Shown piece after piece: positions 49,468 through 62,924 of a stretch of 64,000 nt of DNA. Below the pieces are notes generated by a model, which saw nothing but the letters and a program-made list of their open reading frames with translations, was not told the DNA's origin and did no database searches. The translations under genes were made by a program, and so were the position numbers. Origin of the DNA: Rebecca billardiae RCC1528 (lineage: Eukaryota > Protista > Haptophyta); the NCBI GenBank assembly GCA_965240325.2, contig OZ251248.1, positions 124,001 through 188,000 of the forward strand. The letters are read 5' to 3'. Numbering within the stretch: position 1 is the first letter of the stretch; the number at the start of each line of letters is the position of its first letter.

Positions 49468-52400
49468 CTATGGCAGCGGCGCGCTGCGCGACTGCTGTTG
49501 AGTGCGACCGACGGTGGTGCGCACGGCGGCGGTGGCGTCAGTCGGCCCGCCGGCTGCGGCGGGTGTGGCAGCGGCTCCTGACCCAGCTGCTGCCCCTGCG
49601 CCGCACGCAGCCGGCGCGGCTGCCCCCACGCCACCCGCGCCCTCACTCCCCGCCGCCGCCGGCGGCGCAGCCACCAGCTTGAGCATCCGCTGGGAGGCCA
49701 GCATCAGCTCATAGCTCGCGTTGATCTGACGGAGCGTCTCAGAACGCCTGCGGTGCCGCGGGCGCGAGCGCACGCGCGGAGGGCGGGCGTGCGAGGGCAG
49801 GTGGGCGATCGCGCCCCGTCGCGCGGGGAGGACGGTCGGCATTGCGCGCGAACCGCGCGGCGCAGCGCCGCGCCACGCCGCGCCGCGCCGTGCCGCACCG
49901 GTCGTGCCACCAAAGCCGGAAATGCGGCGTGTCTGTGAAGCACTCGTACAGCTTCACCAGGTCGGAGCGGCGCGAGACGAGGCTCCGCGGCAGCGGCGGC
50001 GGCTCCACCGCCGACTGCGCCGAGCGAGCGAGGGGTGGCGGGGGCGAGAGCGCGCGCGGCGCGGCGCGGCGCGGCGCGGCACGCGGCACGCGGCGGCGGC
50101 GCGCGCACGGCAGTGCTCGTGAGCGCGCGACGCCAATGCAGGGCCTTGGGCGCCGGCCGTGCCGCGCGCGCGGCGCGCGGCGCGCAGCGCGGCGCGCGCA
50201 CGAGCTCGCGCAGGAAGCGGTCCCGGTCGAACGTCTGCATCCACGCCGCGGGCGCCTGCGCCGGCCTTGCCGAGAGCGCGTGGCCCCAGTCGACGGCCGC
50301 AGGAATAAACCCGCGCGCTCCATACATTTCAAGGGGCATGAGGAAGCGCATCGTCGTCTCGCGGAAGTGCTGCCGGAGGAGCTCGTTCGCGATCTTGAGC
50401 GCGCCCGCCGCGGTGGGCGCGCCGCGCTGCGCCGTCGCCGAGCCGTCGCGCCTCGCGCCCGCGCCGCCCGGCCCGCCGCCGCCGCCGCCGCCGCCGCCGC
50501 TGGCATCGGAGGCGGCGGAGGCGGCGGCGGCGCATGAGCGGAGCAGCGGCGCGGCGCCGCCGCCCGCCGACGCGGCGAGCGCGCGCCGCGACGCGCTGTC
50601 CGCGTCGAACAGGTCCGCGAGCTGCTTCAGCACGATCTGGTCCGGCGTGACGACGGGCGCGCGGCGCGTGCGGATGCCGCCGCCGCCGCCGCCGCCGCCG
50701 CCCAGCGCCGACGAGGTTCTCACGAGAAGCTCTGAGCTGCTGCCTGTGCCGCCGCCGAGGCCGAGGGCGAGCGCGCCCGCGAGGTTGGACGCGGCGGCGT
50801 CGGCGCCCGCCGCCGCGCCCGGCTGGTCCAGCGCGATCACCGTGTGCCACGGCTGGCGCATCTTGAGGAAGTACGGGTTCGTCACCCCGAGTATCGCGCC
50901 GCGGCCCGAGCCGTCGGCGGCGGGCGGCGGCTCGCGCGCCGACGCCGCGTAGCGTTCAAAGTCGGCGTCGTGGATGGTGAAGTAGGGGCGGAAGTCGCCG
51001 CAGAAGGGGACGGGCGCGATGAGCGAGACGAGCGCGAGCACCGCGTCCGAGCACCGCGTCGGCGACGCCGAGTGCACCAGCAGCGTCGTCCCCGTGATCA
51101 CCAGCTCCCAGTGCGTCCACAGGCATTCGTAGGCGGCAGCGGCCGCGGCGCCGCTCAGCGGGAGCTCGCCGCCGCCCGCGGGCGAGGCGAGGCGCGCGTC
51201 GTCCGCGGAGAGGCCGCCGTCGCCCACGTCCACCCCGAGGCCGCCGGGCGGGGTGAGCGGCCCCGCGGGCGTCGAGCCTCCACTCGCGCCCGCGCCCGAG
51301 CCCGCGCCGCCGCCCGCGGCCGCGGGCGCGCCGTCGCCCGCGCCGCCCGCCGCGCCGCCGCCGCCCGGCGCCGCCGGCGTGCTGACGGCGACGCTGCCGG
51401 TGGAGAAGCGGCGCTGCCGGCCGCCCTGCGTGCTGGGCGCGAAGGCGCGCAGCAGCGAGACGTCCTGCAGCGGCGCGAACGAGTCCGTCGCGCTCTGCAG
51501 CACGTCCGACAGGCTCGGGTGCTGCGACATGGCCAGCATGGACGCCGAGTGCGTCCGGAGCGGCGGCGGCGTCTGCGTGCGCCGCCCCGCGCCGGCGAGA
51601 AGGCTGTCGCCCGCGGCGGAGTTGGTGCGGCGCGGCGAGATCGGCCCGGTCGAGTCGGCGCGCGGGGGCTGCACGTCGAAGAACCCGCCGCTCGGCCCGA
51701 GCGGGCTGCCTCCGCCGCGCCGGCTCTGCCCGTGGCTCGGCGCCGCCGCGCCGTGCGCGCCCACAGCTAGCTCACTGGTGACGCGCATGCACGCGGGCGG
51801 CCCGCACAGCGGCGACGGGCGGCCCGGGGCGTGCGGCTTGGCGGCGGCGCCGCGCGGCGCGGACGCCTCCTCCAGCGCGCTCGCCTGCAGCGCGCGCAGC
51901 CCCATGCTCGGCACGCACAGCCGCGCGCGGATGCGCGCGCTCAGCAGCCGCAGCTCAAGCACTTGCCCACCCACGGGTGCCGGCCACGCGCACACGTCGC
52001 GCAGCGCGCGCTCGACCGCGGGCGGACCCGAGGTGAAGTAGAGCGGCGCGAGGAGGCGCGCCATCGCGCGGTACAGCCGCACGTGCGGCAGCGAGGAGAC
52101 GACCACGATCGACTTTTGGAACGTGCCGCGCGAGAGGTTCGGGTCGCGCTCCTGCCGGAAGAGTGCAAAGCCGTAGAGCGCGCGCGGCGAGTGGGTGGCG
52201 TCCTCGAAGGGCGCGCTCTCGCCCGAGCCGTCGTCGTCGTCGGTCGCGGGGATCCGCCACGACGACGGCGACGAGCCCGGGGCGCGCGTGCGCGGCATGC
52301 GAAACACGAACTCGGTGTCGCCGAGCGCGGTCGCGTGCGAGTCGGGGAACGACAGGTAGCACAGCGCGGTGGCCTCGTCACTGTCGAGCGAGCCGGCGGG

Positions 52401-52529
52401 CACCTGGTGCTCGATGACCTGGCCGTAGTCCACGTCGAAGTGCACGACGCACACGCACGTGAGCCAGCGGCGCAGGGCGTCCACGTCGAGGGGCCCGTCG
52501 TCGGCCGCGTCGGAAGGCGGCTCCGCCAT
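49468..52529 (-). CDS. DENND6: DENND6 (FAM116)-like DENN-domain Rab GEF
   Basis: CVCVVHFDVDYGQ, CYLSFPDS, YGFALFRQ, RGTFQKSIV, DFRPYFTIHD, ILGVTNPYF. Exons 52529-50202, 50014-49899, 49747-49468. Confidence 0.9.
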
Positions 52530-52659
52530 CGCAGGCCGGCCTGCCCGACCAAGCCACCTCGGCTTCGTCGCGCGCGAGGCCGAAACCCGCAGGATGAAGA
52601 AGGAAGTTGAAAGTCCGCCGCTCGGAGCCGTCCGGCGCCGAGCGCATCAGCTGATCAGC

Positions 52660-54150
52660 ATGGCGTGCGTAGATGTTCACGTGCGTAGATGTTCACAGTG
52701 CCCACCACCCTTTCACGCTGACCGACGAGGCCTCGCGCGCCGTGCTCCTTCCAGGCTGTGAGGTGGAGCTGACGGGCCTCGAGGGCCGGCCAGAGCATAA
52801 CGGGCGCAAGGCCACGGTTGCCGTGCTATGTCGCCTCGAGCAAGCGCTTCCGAGTTCGCCTCGCCGGCGAACACGGCCAAGGCGACGTCGGCCCGCTCCG
52901 AGGTGAGAGCGAAGCTCAGCTGCTCGAGGTCGAGTCTGCGAACGTGCGGCTCGTGCTCAAGCCCGGCGGCGTCGACCAGACTGGCCAGCACTTCCTCTGC
53001 CTTTCTTGCGACGAAACGCATACATTCGGCGACTTGCATCCGCCTGAGCTCTTCGCGCGCAGGGGAGACGTTTTGGTGTGCAGCGATTGTGGTGAGCCTG
53101 GCCTGCACTGGGAGTGCCCCCGATGCCGCGACCCCGCCGCCTACGACGGCGCGGACAAGCCCGGCTTCTGGGAGCAGCGCTGCGCGTCGTGCGCGCGCAC
53201 TTTCTTCGCCGTCGCGCGCGAGGACCAGCAGCTGCCGGCGCTGCTGCTGTTCAAGCTGTCAGGCGGGGCGGGCGGGCGGGCGTCGAGGCGTGGCTGCGCG
53301 AGCTGCACGAGGCCGCGGGCCTGTCCGTGTACCTTTTCGAGCTCGTGCGCGGCCTCGTGGCGGACGAGCTCTCCGCGCGCGGCGTCGCCCTCTCGGCGCG
53401 GTGGCTGAAGGAGCAGCGCGCAGCCTTCTGCGCGCTCTGGCGGCGGGAGCACCCGGACCTCCCCACCCGGACCTCGTCCGGGACGCCGCGGAATTTGCGG
53501 CGAGGGCGCTGCGCTGCCCCCTCGTGGAGTATGGCTTCTACCAGCACCTGACGCCCAGGCACCTGCTGTCCGGGCCCATGATGGCTGCCGGCCTCGCGCC
53601 ACGCGCCTTCTGCTGCCCCGCTGACTACGCGCTGGCGGTCAAGTCTGGCGGCCATGACTGGTTTCGATTCATCGCCGCGTGCCAGCTGCCGCACGCGCCG
53701 GGCCTCGCGGGCATGGACCCCTCGGCGTGGCGCGGCGACGGCACGGACCCGAGCACGTGGCCCTTCTTCCACGCCGCGGCCCACGACGCGCGCGGCGACC
53801 CGAGCAACAAGACCGACCGGCCCACGGTCCGCGTGCGCACCGCGCTCGACGCGCACGCCTCCGTCCTCGGTGAGCGGCCGCTCCTGACGGCGGCGCCGCG
53901 CTTCCACCTCGAGGGCGCCGACAGCCCGGCGAGCGCGGGGCTCCCGCGCGTGCGCTGGGTGGAGGCAGTGGCCGAGCCCGACGCGGCCCTCACCCTCGGG
54001 GAGTGGCTGCTCTGGAGCGCGCGCTGCGGCGGCGTGGACTGCGCCTACAACCCGGACTGCTGCTACTATCTGTCACACTTATCCGTCGCCCGCCGCAGCG
54101 CCGACTACGCAGTCCCACGGACCGCGTCGACTCTCACTCGACTCAGATGA
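52660..54150 (+). pseudogene. Frameshifted gene with SH3-like 'VELTGL..RPEHNG' module and CxxC zinc-ribbon motifs
   Basis: Protein-like reading continues across four frameshifts (about 52681, 52822, 53275, 53462) and ends at the TA tract and transposon. Confidence 0.7.
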
Positions 54151-56238
<2,088 letters not shown>

Positions 56239-57248
56239 TACTTCGTCGAGACTCGACGGCTGACGACGGTCGACGCGTGGCACTCCGCGACCACCGCGGG
56301 GGCGGCGCGCGGCGCCGCGCGTCGACGCCACGGACGGTGCGTCGAGCTTCCGCTCGGCGAAAATGCCGGGCGATGGAGTGATGGGCGACTACGAGGGGGG
56401 GGGGGGACGACGGCGAGGAGCGCTGATCCTGGTGTTTGTCTCTGCTGCTCGATCTGCTGCTACAGCTTGCTGACTCTGACGCCTGCCCGTAGTTGCATAC
56501 CACGTCGTTAATATATATACCCGGCTGCGACTCTCGGACCGTGACGGACTCAGACTATATTCCCGGGAAGCGAGCTAAGCAGTCTAATCAGTGAATATAC
56601 GACGGCGCGGTATAGTAAGTAAGTACGTAGTAGTGTCCGCGCCGTGCTGTCTGTGTCTCGTGACTGAACCGCGAGCCGCTCACCGCTCGTCACTCACGGG
56701 CCCAGGCCCGGCCGCGGCACCGGCCGTGGCGGCCGCCGGCCGCCCGTCGGGTGATGACGGCGGCAGTAGCCGCCAGCCGGTGTCGGTCACGGTGAGTGTG
56801 ACCCGGACCCGGTCGGCTGCGCGCGGGGCGGCAGCGCGGTCCGGTCCGCGCGGCCGTCGTCCCCTGGCACTCCTGGCAGCGCCTGACTCTGAGTCCCGGC
56901 GGCGCGGATGACTCCGGGCCGGCCAGCTGCCCGCCCGCGTCGCATGACGGCATATAGCAGCGCGGCATAGTCAACATCACTCATTCACTCCGAGCTGGAG
57001 TCGGCTGGCGCGTGACTCGACGATGATGCCGCGACCCCGACCGGGAGGCGGCGCGAGCGACTCACCGTCGGACCGTCGCGGGCGTCGGACGGCCGAGCAC
57101 GGCTCGCCGAGCCAGTCGGCTCAGCGGGTTCATTCGGGCCACTGCCTCTTCCGCACGCGTCCCCATACGGCGGCGCGCCCCACGGCTCATCCCCGAAAGC
57201 ACTGCTCCCCGAGGGCCCAGCAGCACCGCATTCAGATCAGCCCGAGAT

Positions 57249-57988
57249 TTAACAGTCCGCGCCGGCCGCAACCGGCCGCTCCATCTCCGCCGTGGCGACA
57301 GGGATCTCAGGCTCGGCCGCGTGCGGCTCGGCGTCCAGCTCGGCGGCGGGCGCCTCGTCGGCGGCGGCCTCGGCCGCAGGCGCCTGCCCATCCTGCGCCT
57401 GCGCTTTCTTCTTCTCCTGTCCGGCGCGGTAGGCTGTCCGCAACGGCGGGCGCGCGGGCGAGCCGCGGCGGGAGGGTGCGCGGGGCGGTGAGCATGCCGC
57501 GCGCCGCGTGCTGCGCGCTGCCGCAGGCACGGACGCCGGCGCGGCGGGGGCGTACCTTGCAGGAACGCGCTCACAGCCGGCGAGAGCGTGTCGAACTCGA
57601 GCTCGTCCAGCGCCGCGACCACGTCGCTCGCCGTGATCGTCGAGCGCTTGGCTTCGCGACAGAGGTCGTTTGCGGTCGCCGTCACGTAGAGGATGAAGAT
57701 GGAGGCTGCGCGCGAGAAGCCCGATCGGGCGTCGCGCCCGAGCTGCAAGTCGTCCGGCATCCGCGCCTTCACGATGCGCGCGACTGCCGAGGCGGGGAGC
57801 TGCAGCTCGTCGACTGGGCTCGAGTCGGGCGGTCGGACGCGCTTGGCGCCGATGCGCTCGGCTGCGGCGGCCGGTGCGCTGTCCTCGGGCTCCTCGGGCG
57901 TCGGGGCGGCAGCGGCGGGCGCATCGCTCGCGGGCGCCACCGCCAGCTCGATGTCGGTTGCGGGCGCCTCCGCCGCTGGGGCTTCCAT
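57249..57988 (-). CDS. POLE3: Histone-fold protein, DNA polymerase epsilon subunit 3 / CHRAC17-like
   Basis: ELQLPASAVARIVK...SRAASIFILYVTATAN...KRSTITASDVVAALDELEF; intron 57434-57555. Confidence 0.85.
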
Positions 57989-58129
57989 CGTGCGCTCCTC
58001 GCCGCGTGCGCGCGCCACGGCCCGCGCGCGAGCCGGCCTCGATAGCGCGACGAAGTTCGTTGGCACTCCGGCTCGCCAGCGCAGCCGAGTCCGGGGCACC
58101 CGGTGTCGCTTGGCGAGCGCGAGGATTCC

Positions 58130-58951
58130 ATGGCTGCCGCGGCCGGCGCCACCAGGCGCGGGCTCCTCGTGTGCGCGCTCCTGCGCCTGACCGCCGGCAA
58201 CAGGAAGCACCCGCCCCCGCCCAAGAGCTCCGATCCGGACATCATCAACAACTCGACGTGCCAGCCGTTTCACGAGCGCGTGGGCGAGTGGACCGACTCG
58301 GGCTGGCACGATTGCGCTGTCGTCGGCGGCTCGCCGTCGCTGCTCAAGCACGAGCACGGGGCCGAGATCGACAATCGCTCCGTCGTCATCCGCGTGCACA
58401 ACCACGGGGGCGGCGACCCCCGGTACGCCAAGTACGTCGGCACGAGCACCAGCGTGCACATCATCGCAGGCAGCCGCACGAAGCTGGCGACGGTCAAAGA
58501 GCGAGCGCGAGAGACCGGCGTTCTCTTCCCGACGCTGTCGAGAAAAAACTTCGACAGCGAGCGCGAGCGCGCGGCGAAGGGCGAGCGGCCGCCGCGCGTG
58601 GCGATCATGTCCGACTGCCTCTACCGCCAGGCCCTCGCGCTCGTGCGCATGCCCTCGAGCGGCTTCCAGGCCGTCAACTTTGCGACGCGCGTGTGCGACG
58701 GGCCCGTCCACCTGTACGGCTTTGGCGACACGGGCGGCGCCAAGCCCGAGTTCTACCACTTCGACGACAAGCCGGGCTCGGTGGCGGACAGGGAGGCGCG
58801 GAAGAGCCTGGCGAAGAGCCATGACGTGCCCCGGGAGCATATGCTGCTCAGGACGTGGGCAGAGAACAACAGCACGCGCCCGCGCATCGTTCTGCACAGC
58901 CGGAGACTCAGACGGCGGCGGCGGCGCCACCGCCGCAGGCGGACCGCCTGA
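58130..58951 (+). CDS. Sialyltransferase-like GT29 protein
   Basis: Sialylmotif L (CAVVGGSPSL...GAEID...VIRVHN...VGTST), S (PSSGFQAV...CD..VHLYGF), VS (HDVPRE). Confidence 0.85.
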   Translation: MAAAAGATRRGLLVCALLRLTAGNRKHPPPPKSSDPDIINNSTCQPFHERVGEWTDSGWHDCAVVGGSPSLLKHEHGAEIDNRSVVIRVHNHGGGDPRYAKYVGTSTSVHIIAGSRTKLATVKERARETGVLFPTLSRKNFDSERERAAKGERPPRVAIMSDCLYRQALALVRMPSSGFQAVNFATRVCDGPVHLYGFGDTGGAKPEFYHFDDKPGSVADREARKSLAKSHDVPREHMLLRTWAENNSTRPRIVLHSRRLRRRRRRHRRRRTA

Positions 58952-59605
58952 GGCTGAGTCAGAGCAGTGGCCCTGGCGATCACGCGTAATCACGGCGACA
59001 TATCAGCATCATGCAGCATGTGTGCGTGTGTGTGTGTGTGTATCAGACTACGAGTATATAGCGCAGCATCATATCATCTCGATCCTAAGAGTGGTCATGC
59101 GGGCACGGCTGACGATAATCGATATATGTATGATGACTCGGCGACTGCTCCGATACGGGCGATACATGCCGCTGATGAGACAGATCACAGCGCAGAGTTC
59201 GAGTGAGTGAGTCATGATGAGTGATGACTGATGATGCAGATCGATGCTGCGCGCCAGCGCTGACGATGCCGCCGTCGGACGACGATGATGCGCGGCGCAG
59301 GCGCTAGTGAGCAGGCGGCATTGTCGTAGTCGTCATCACATTCGCGACGGCGCCATCGCGCGAGCAACCTGAGGCCTCGGACTGCTCGTCCACCTCGCCG
59401 TCGCCATCGCTCGTCACGTACGGGGCAGCAGCTGTTCCGAGCGCCCGAGCGCGCCTGCCAACGGCCGCGGCGCCTGCGAGGCGAGGCGTCCGCCGTGAGC
59501 ACGGACTACGGAGCACACTGCACAGCACCCGCCTTAATAGGACCTTCCCGCCCGCCCCGCTGCGCGAGCACCGCCCCGCCCGCGCACACCGCCCGCCCCG
59601 CTCGG

Positions 59606-60658
59606 TCAGTACCCGCCGATGCTCCCGCCGCCGCGCCCGGCGATGTATGGCAGCACCATCTCCATCACCAGCAGGATCAGCGGATTCCACACAATTAAAT
59701 AGCGGATCGCATCGAGCAGGTTGAGCCACATCAGCGAGTGGCGCTCCCACGGGAAGACCTGCGAGACGTGGACGCGCTCGCTGCAGTACGCGCACGTGTC
59801 CTTCTTGCCGATCAGCGCCCAGCCGCGGATGCACGACTGGTGGTACCGGTGCCCGCAGTTGAGCGCCACCGTCGGCTCGGCCTCGTTGCCCGTGCCCGCC
59901 AGGCAGCCGGCAAACGGGTTCTCGAGCCGCATCGTCGTCGGGTCGAGCTGCGAGAGCTCGGACTCGGACTCGGCGGCGGTGCCGACGAGCGCGCCGGCGC
60001 AGACGCAGCACATCGTCGGCGGCAGCTCGCGCCGCTCCTCCTCGTCGCGCGACGTGCCCAGCCCCATCCGCGCGGCCATGGTCTCGGCACAGAGCGACGC
60101 GCAGTCGCGCGTGAGCACGCCCAGATAGAGCCCGCCGCCCAGGATGGCGGCGCCGACCGGCGCGCCGTACCCGGCGAGGCCGAGGGCGCGCGGGATCGCG
60201 AAGAACTCGGAGAGCACCACGACGTACCCCAGCGCGCCGCACGCGAAGCACACGCGCGTCACAACCGAGAACCATTTGTAAACCTGCCGCGGCGTCTGCT
60301 TGGCGAGCTCGCGCCGCGTGGCGAGGTACATGACGTGGCCCGTGGCGACGGTGAAGAGCGACCAGACGGCGAGCACGCTCGGGAACACAAAGTACACCGC
60401 GCACCCCGCCGGGATCAGCCACAGCCCCACGAGGCTCACGAGGAGGTACGCGCGGTCGTGCTTCTTGCGGCACTCCATCACCAGGTACTGGAAGCCGACG
60501 AGCGTGACGACGAAGACGAAGAGCACGATGAGCGCGCGGCGCTCCTCGCGCTGCGACCGATGCACAAAGTACCGGTGCGTCGTGCCCACCCGGCGGCCGA
60601 TCCGCGCCGGCGGGGCGGTCGGATGCCGAATAGAGGCGGCGTGCGCGCTTGCTTCCAT
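59606..60658 (-). CDS. RNF121/RNF175-like multi-pass RING-H2 protein
   Basis: GLWLIP, TPRQVYKWF, LNCGHRYHQSCIRGWALIGKKDTCAYC, LLDAIRYLIVWNP. Confidence 0.9.
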   Translation of the reverse strand: MEASAHAASIRHPTAPPARIGRRVGTTHRYFVHRSQREERRALIVLFVFVVTLVGFQYLVMECRKKHDRAYLLVSLVGLWLIPAGCAVYFVFPSVLAVWSLFTVATGHVMYLATRRELAKQTPRQVYKWFSVVTRVCFACGALGYVVVLSEFFAIPRALGLAGYGAPVGAAILGGGLYLGVLTRDCASLCAETMAARMGLGTSRDEEERRELPPTMCCVCAGALVGTAAESESELSQLDPTTMRLENPFAGCLAGTGNEAEPTVALNCGHRYHQSCIRGWALIGKKDTCAYCSERVHVSQVFPWERHSLMWLNLLDAIRYLIVWNPLILLVMEMVLPYIAGRGGGSIGGY

Positions 60659-60856
60659 CGCTCTGCGCTTTTGACCACGGCGCGGGCTCGTTGTGCGCAG
60701 CGTCGTCGGGAACCAGCTTGAAGCTTGCACAGCAGGACCGAAAGTCCTGCCACTGTGCTTTCGAGCTGCGGGCGTTCGGTTTGGCCCGCACGATGGCGGC
60801 GGGCCGGCGGCCCTGCCCAAGTACTTGAGGCTTGCTCACTGCTGCAAAGGCCCCCG

Positions 60857-62059
60857 ATGCGGGGCGGTGGCCGGGCTCAAGACGTACGCGACAGCCACGC
60901 GGCGTACCGTCGCCGCGCGCTGCTAGCCCTGCTCCCGCTGTGCCTCGCCGGACCGGGCTCGGAGGCCAAGGGCCCGACGGCTCGCACCGCGACGTTCAAC
61001 TGCAGTAACGGGCCGGGCATGCTCCCAAACCTGCTCGCGTGCCCGCTCACGCTGGAGCAGCGCGAGGCGCTGAGGCTTGGTGCGGTGCAGGTGCTCTTCG
61101 TGCACGTGCCCAAGTCGGGCGGCACCACCGCCGAGACACTGCTCACCGAGCTGCTGCGCGAGTCGTCGGGTCGGGAGCCGAGGCGCGCGGTGCTGCGACG
61201 GCCGGGCGACACGATCAAGTTCCTGCGGAAGAGCGTGAAAGAGCGGGCGCGGATGGCGCTGCTGCAGTCCAAGGCGACCGTGCACGTGGACACGGCCGAG
61301 GACCCCGGCGTGCTGCGGCTCATGGCGACCACGGTGCGCAACCCGGTCGACCGCATCGTCTCGAATTACAAATATTCCATTCCACGCTCGCGCCGCAGCA
61401 CGCACCTCGCAGCGGGCGCGTGCACCATGTTCGGCCTCAACCGCTCGGACCTCGGCGCGTTCGTGCGCTGGTACGGCGCGCACCGCGGCGCGCTGATCGA
61501 GTACTCCAACTTCGCCACGCGGCTGCTCGTCAGCCAGCTCGAGAACCCCGCGCACCTGCAGGCGAGCGACGGCGGCCGGTACGTCGGTCGCGCGTGCGAG
61601 CTGAGGCCGTTGCCGCCGGTGACGGACGCGGACCTGCGGTGGGCGATGCGCCGCCTGGCGCGGATGTCGCTGATCGGGCTGGTCGAGGACCTCGACGAGT
61701 CGCAGCGCATGTGGCGACGCGCGTGGACCGGCGGCCCCACGCGTGCCGCGGGCGGCGCTGCCGCGGCGGCCGGCACCGCTATGCGAGCGTGCGGCAACGC
61801 CGGCCACGCCTACTGCACGGGCGCCACCGGCGTGCGCGCGACCCTCGCGCGCGAGTACCCCGCGCTGCTCGCGCAGCTCGAGGCGGACAACCGCTTCGAC
61901 ATCGCGCTGTGGAACTACGCCGCGCGGCTGTACGAGGCGCAGCGTGCGGCGTACGCTGCCCACGCCGCGGCCGCGGCCGACAGAGCCAGAAGGCGCAGTG
62001 TCAGGCGACTCGGCGGCGGCGGCGGCCGTAGTCAGCGACAGCCGCAGCGGAACTTGTAG
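60857..62059 (+). CDS. Golgi-type carbohydrate sulfotransferase
   Basis: 5'-PSB FVHVPKSGGTT, 3'-PB RNPVDRIVSNY, C-terminal NRFDIALW; N-terminal hydrophobic segment. Confidence 0.87.
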   Translation: MRGGGRAQDVRDSHAAYRRRALLALLPLCLAGPGSEAKGPTARTATFNCSNGPGMLPNLLACPLTLEQREALRLGAVQVLFVHVPKSGGTTAETLLTELLRESSGREPRRAVLRRPGDTIKFLRKSVKERARMALLQSKATVHVDTAEDPGVLRLMATTVRNPVDRIVSNYKYSIPRSRRSTHLAAGACTMFGLNRSDLGAFVRWYGAHRGALIEYSNFATRLLVSQLENPAHLQASDGGRYVGRACELRPLPPVTDADLRWAMRRLARMSLIGLVEDLDESQRMWRRAWTGGPTRAAGGAAAAAGTAMRACGNAGHAYCTGATGVRATLAREYPALLAQLEADNRFDIALWNYAARLYEAQRAAYAAHAAAAADRARRRSVRRLGGGGGRSQRQPQRNL

Positions 62060-62381
62060 CTAGCTGCTAGCGCTGTCACGCCGTGATTACACGCGATGGG
62101 ATATGCCATATGGCGCGACACGACTGCCATAGTCTGATGATGACCCTGACGGTCATCATCGTGATCGTGACGACGACATCGTCACGTCCATCGGCGTCGT
62201 ACGTCAGCAGGCGCAGCAGTAAGCGAATATAACAAGCAGCGCGACATGTGAAATGACTGTCGACCGGCGGAACATGACGATAAGTCGTGATGACGATATG
62301 ATCTGCGAGTGTGGTGCCATGCGGCGCGTCGGCACCGCGGCACGCGGGCTCGGGGCCCTCGAGTGGCACGCCGTGCCATCG

Positions 62382-62876
62382 TCAGCCCTCCGCCGCCTCG
62401 TCGTCCTGATCCACGTACACGCGCAGCTCAAAGTCGGGCGAGCGCGCGAAGCCAGCCGCGGGGTCGTCGAGGTCGTCGCGGTGGAAGACGGCGAACGCGC
62501 TGCCTGCTGCCGCGCCCGGTGCGCCCAGGGTGGCTGCGGCGGGCTGCGGCGGCCCGGCGGTGGTGTGCGTGGCATGCGCCGGGCTCTCGCCGACGAAGCC
62601 ACCGGCCACGGCGGCGGCCGGGGCGCCGCCCGGCGCACCCGCAGCCGCAGGCGCCTCCGCCGCGCCGCCGGTCGGCCCATGCCGCCGCAGCGCCACAAAG
62701 GCCGCGTGAAAGTGCAACCGCCACTGGACCTCGGTCGCCAGCCCGAGGGCCGCGTGCGCGCTCAGCACCAGGCGCACGTCCGCGCTGGCCGCGAGCGCAT
62801 GCGCCGCGCCGGCTGAGGCGGGGCTCGGCGCCGCCGGCGCGCCGCCCTCCTCCGTCGAGCGGCGAGCGGCGGCCAT

Positions 62877-62924
<48 letters not shown>

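Noticed and set aside
42956-52529. Rab GAP and Rab GEF genes close together as a functional cluster
   Set aside because: Separated by an unrelated gene; both families are common, so chance adjacency is likely.
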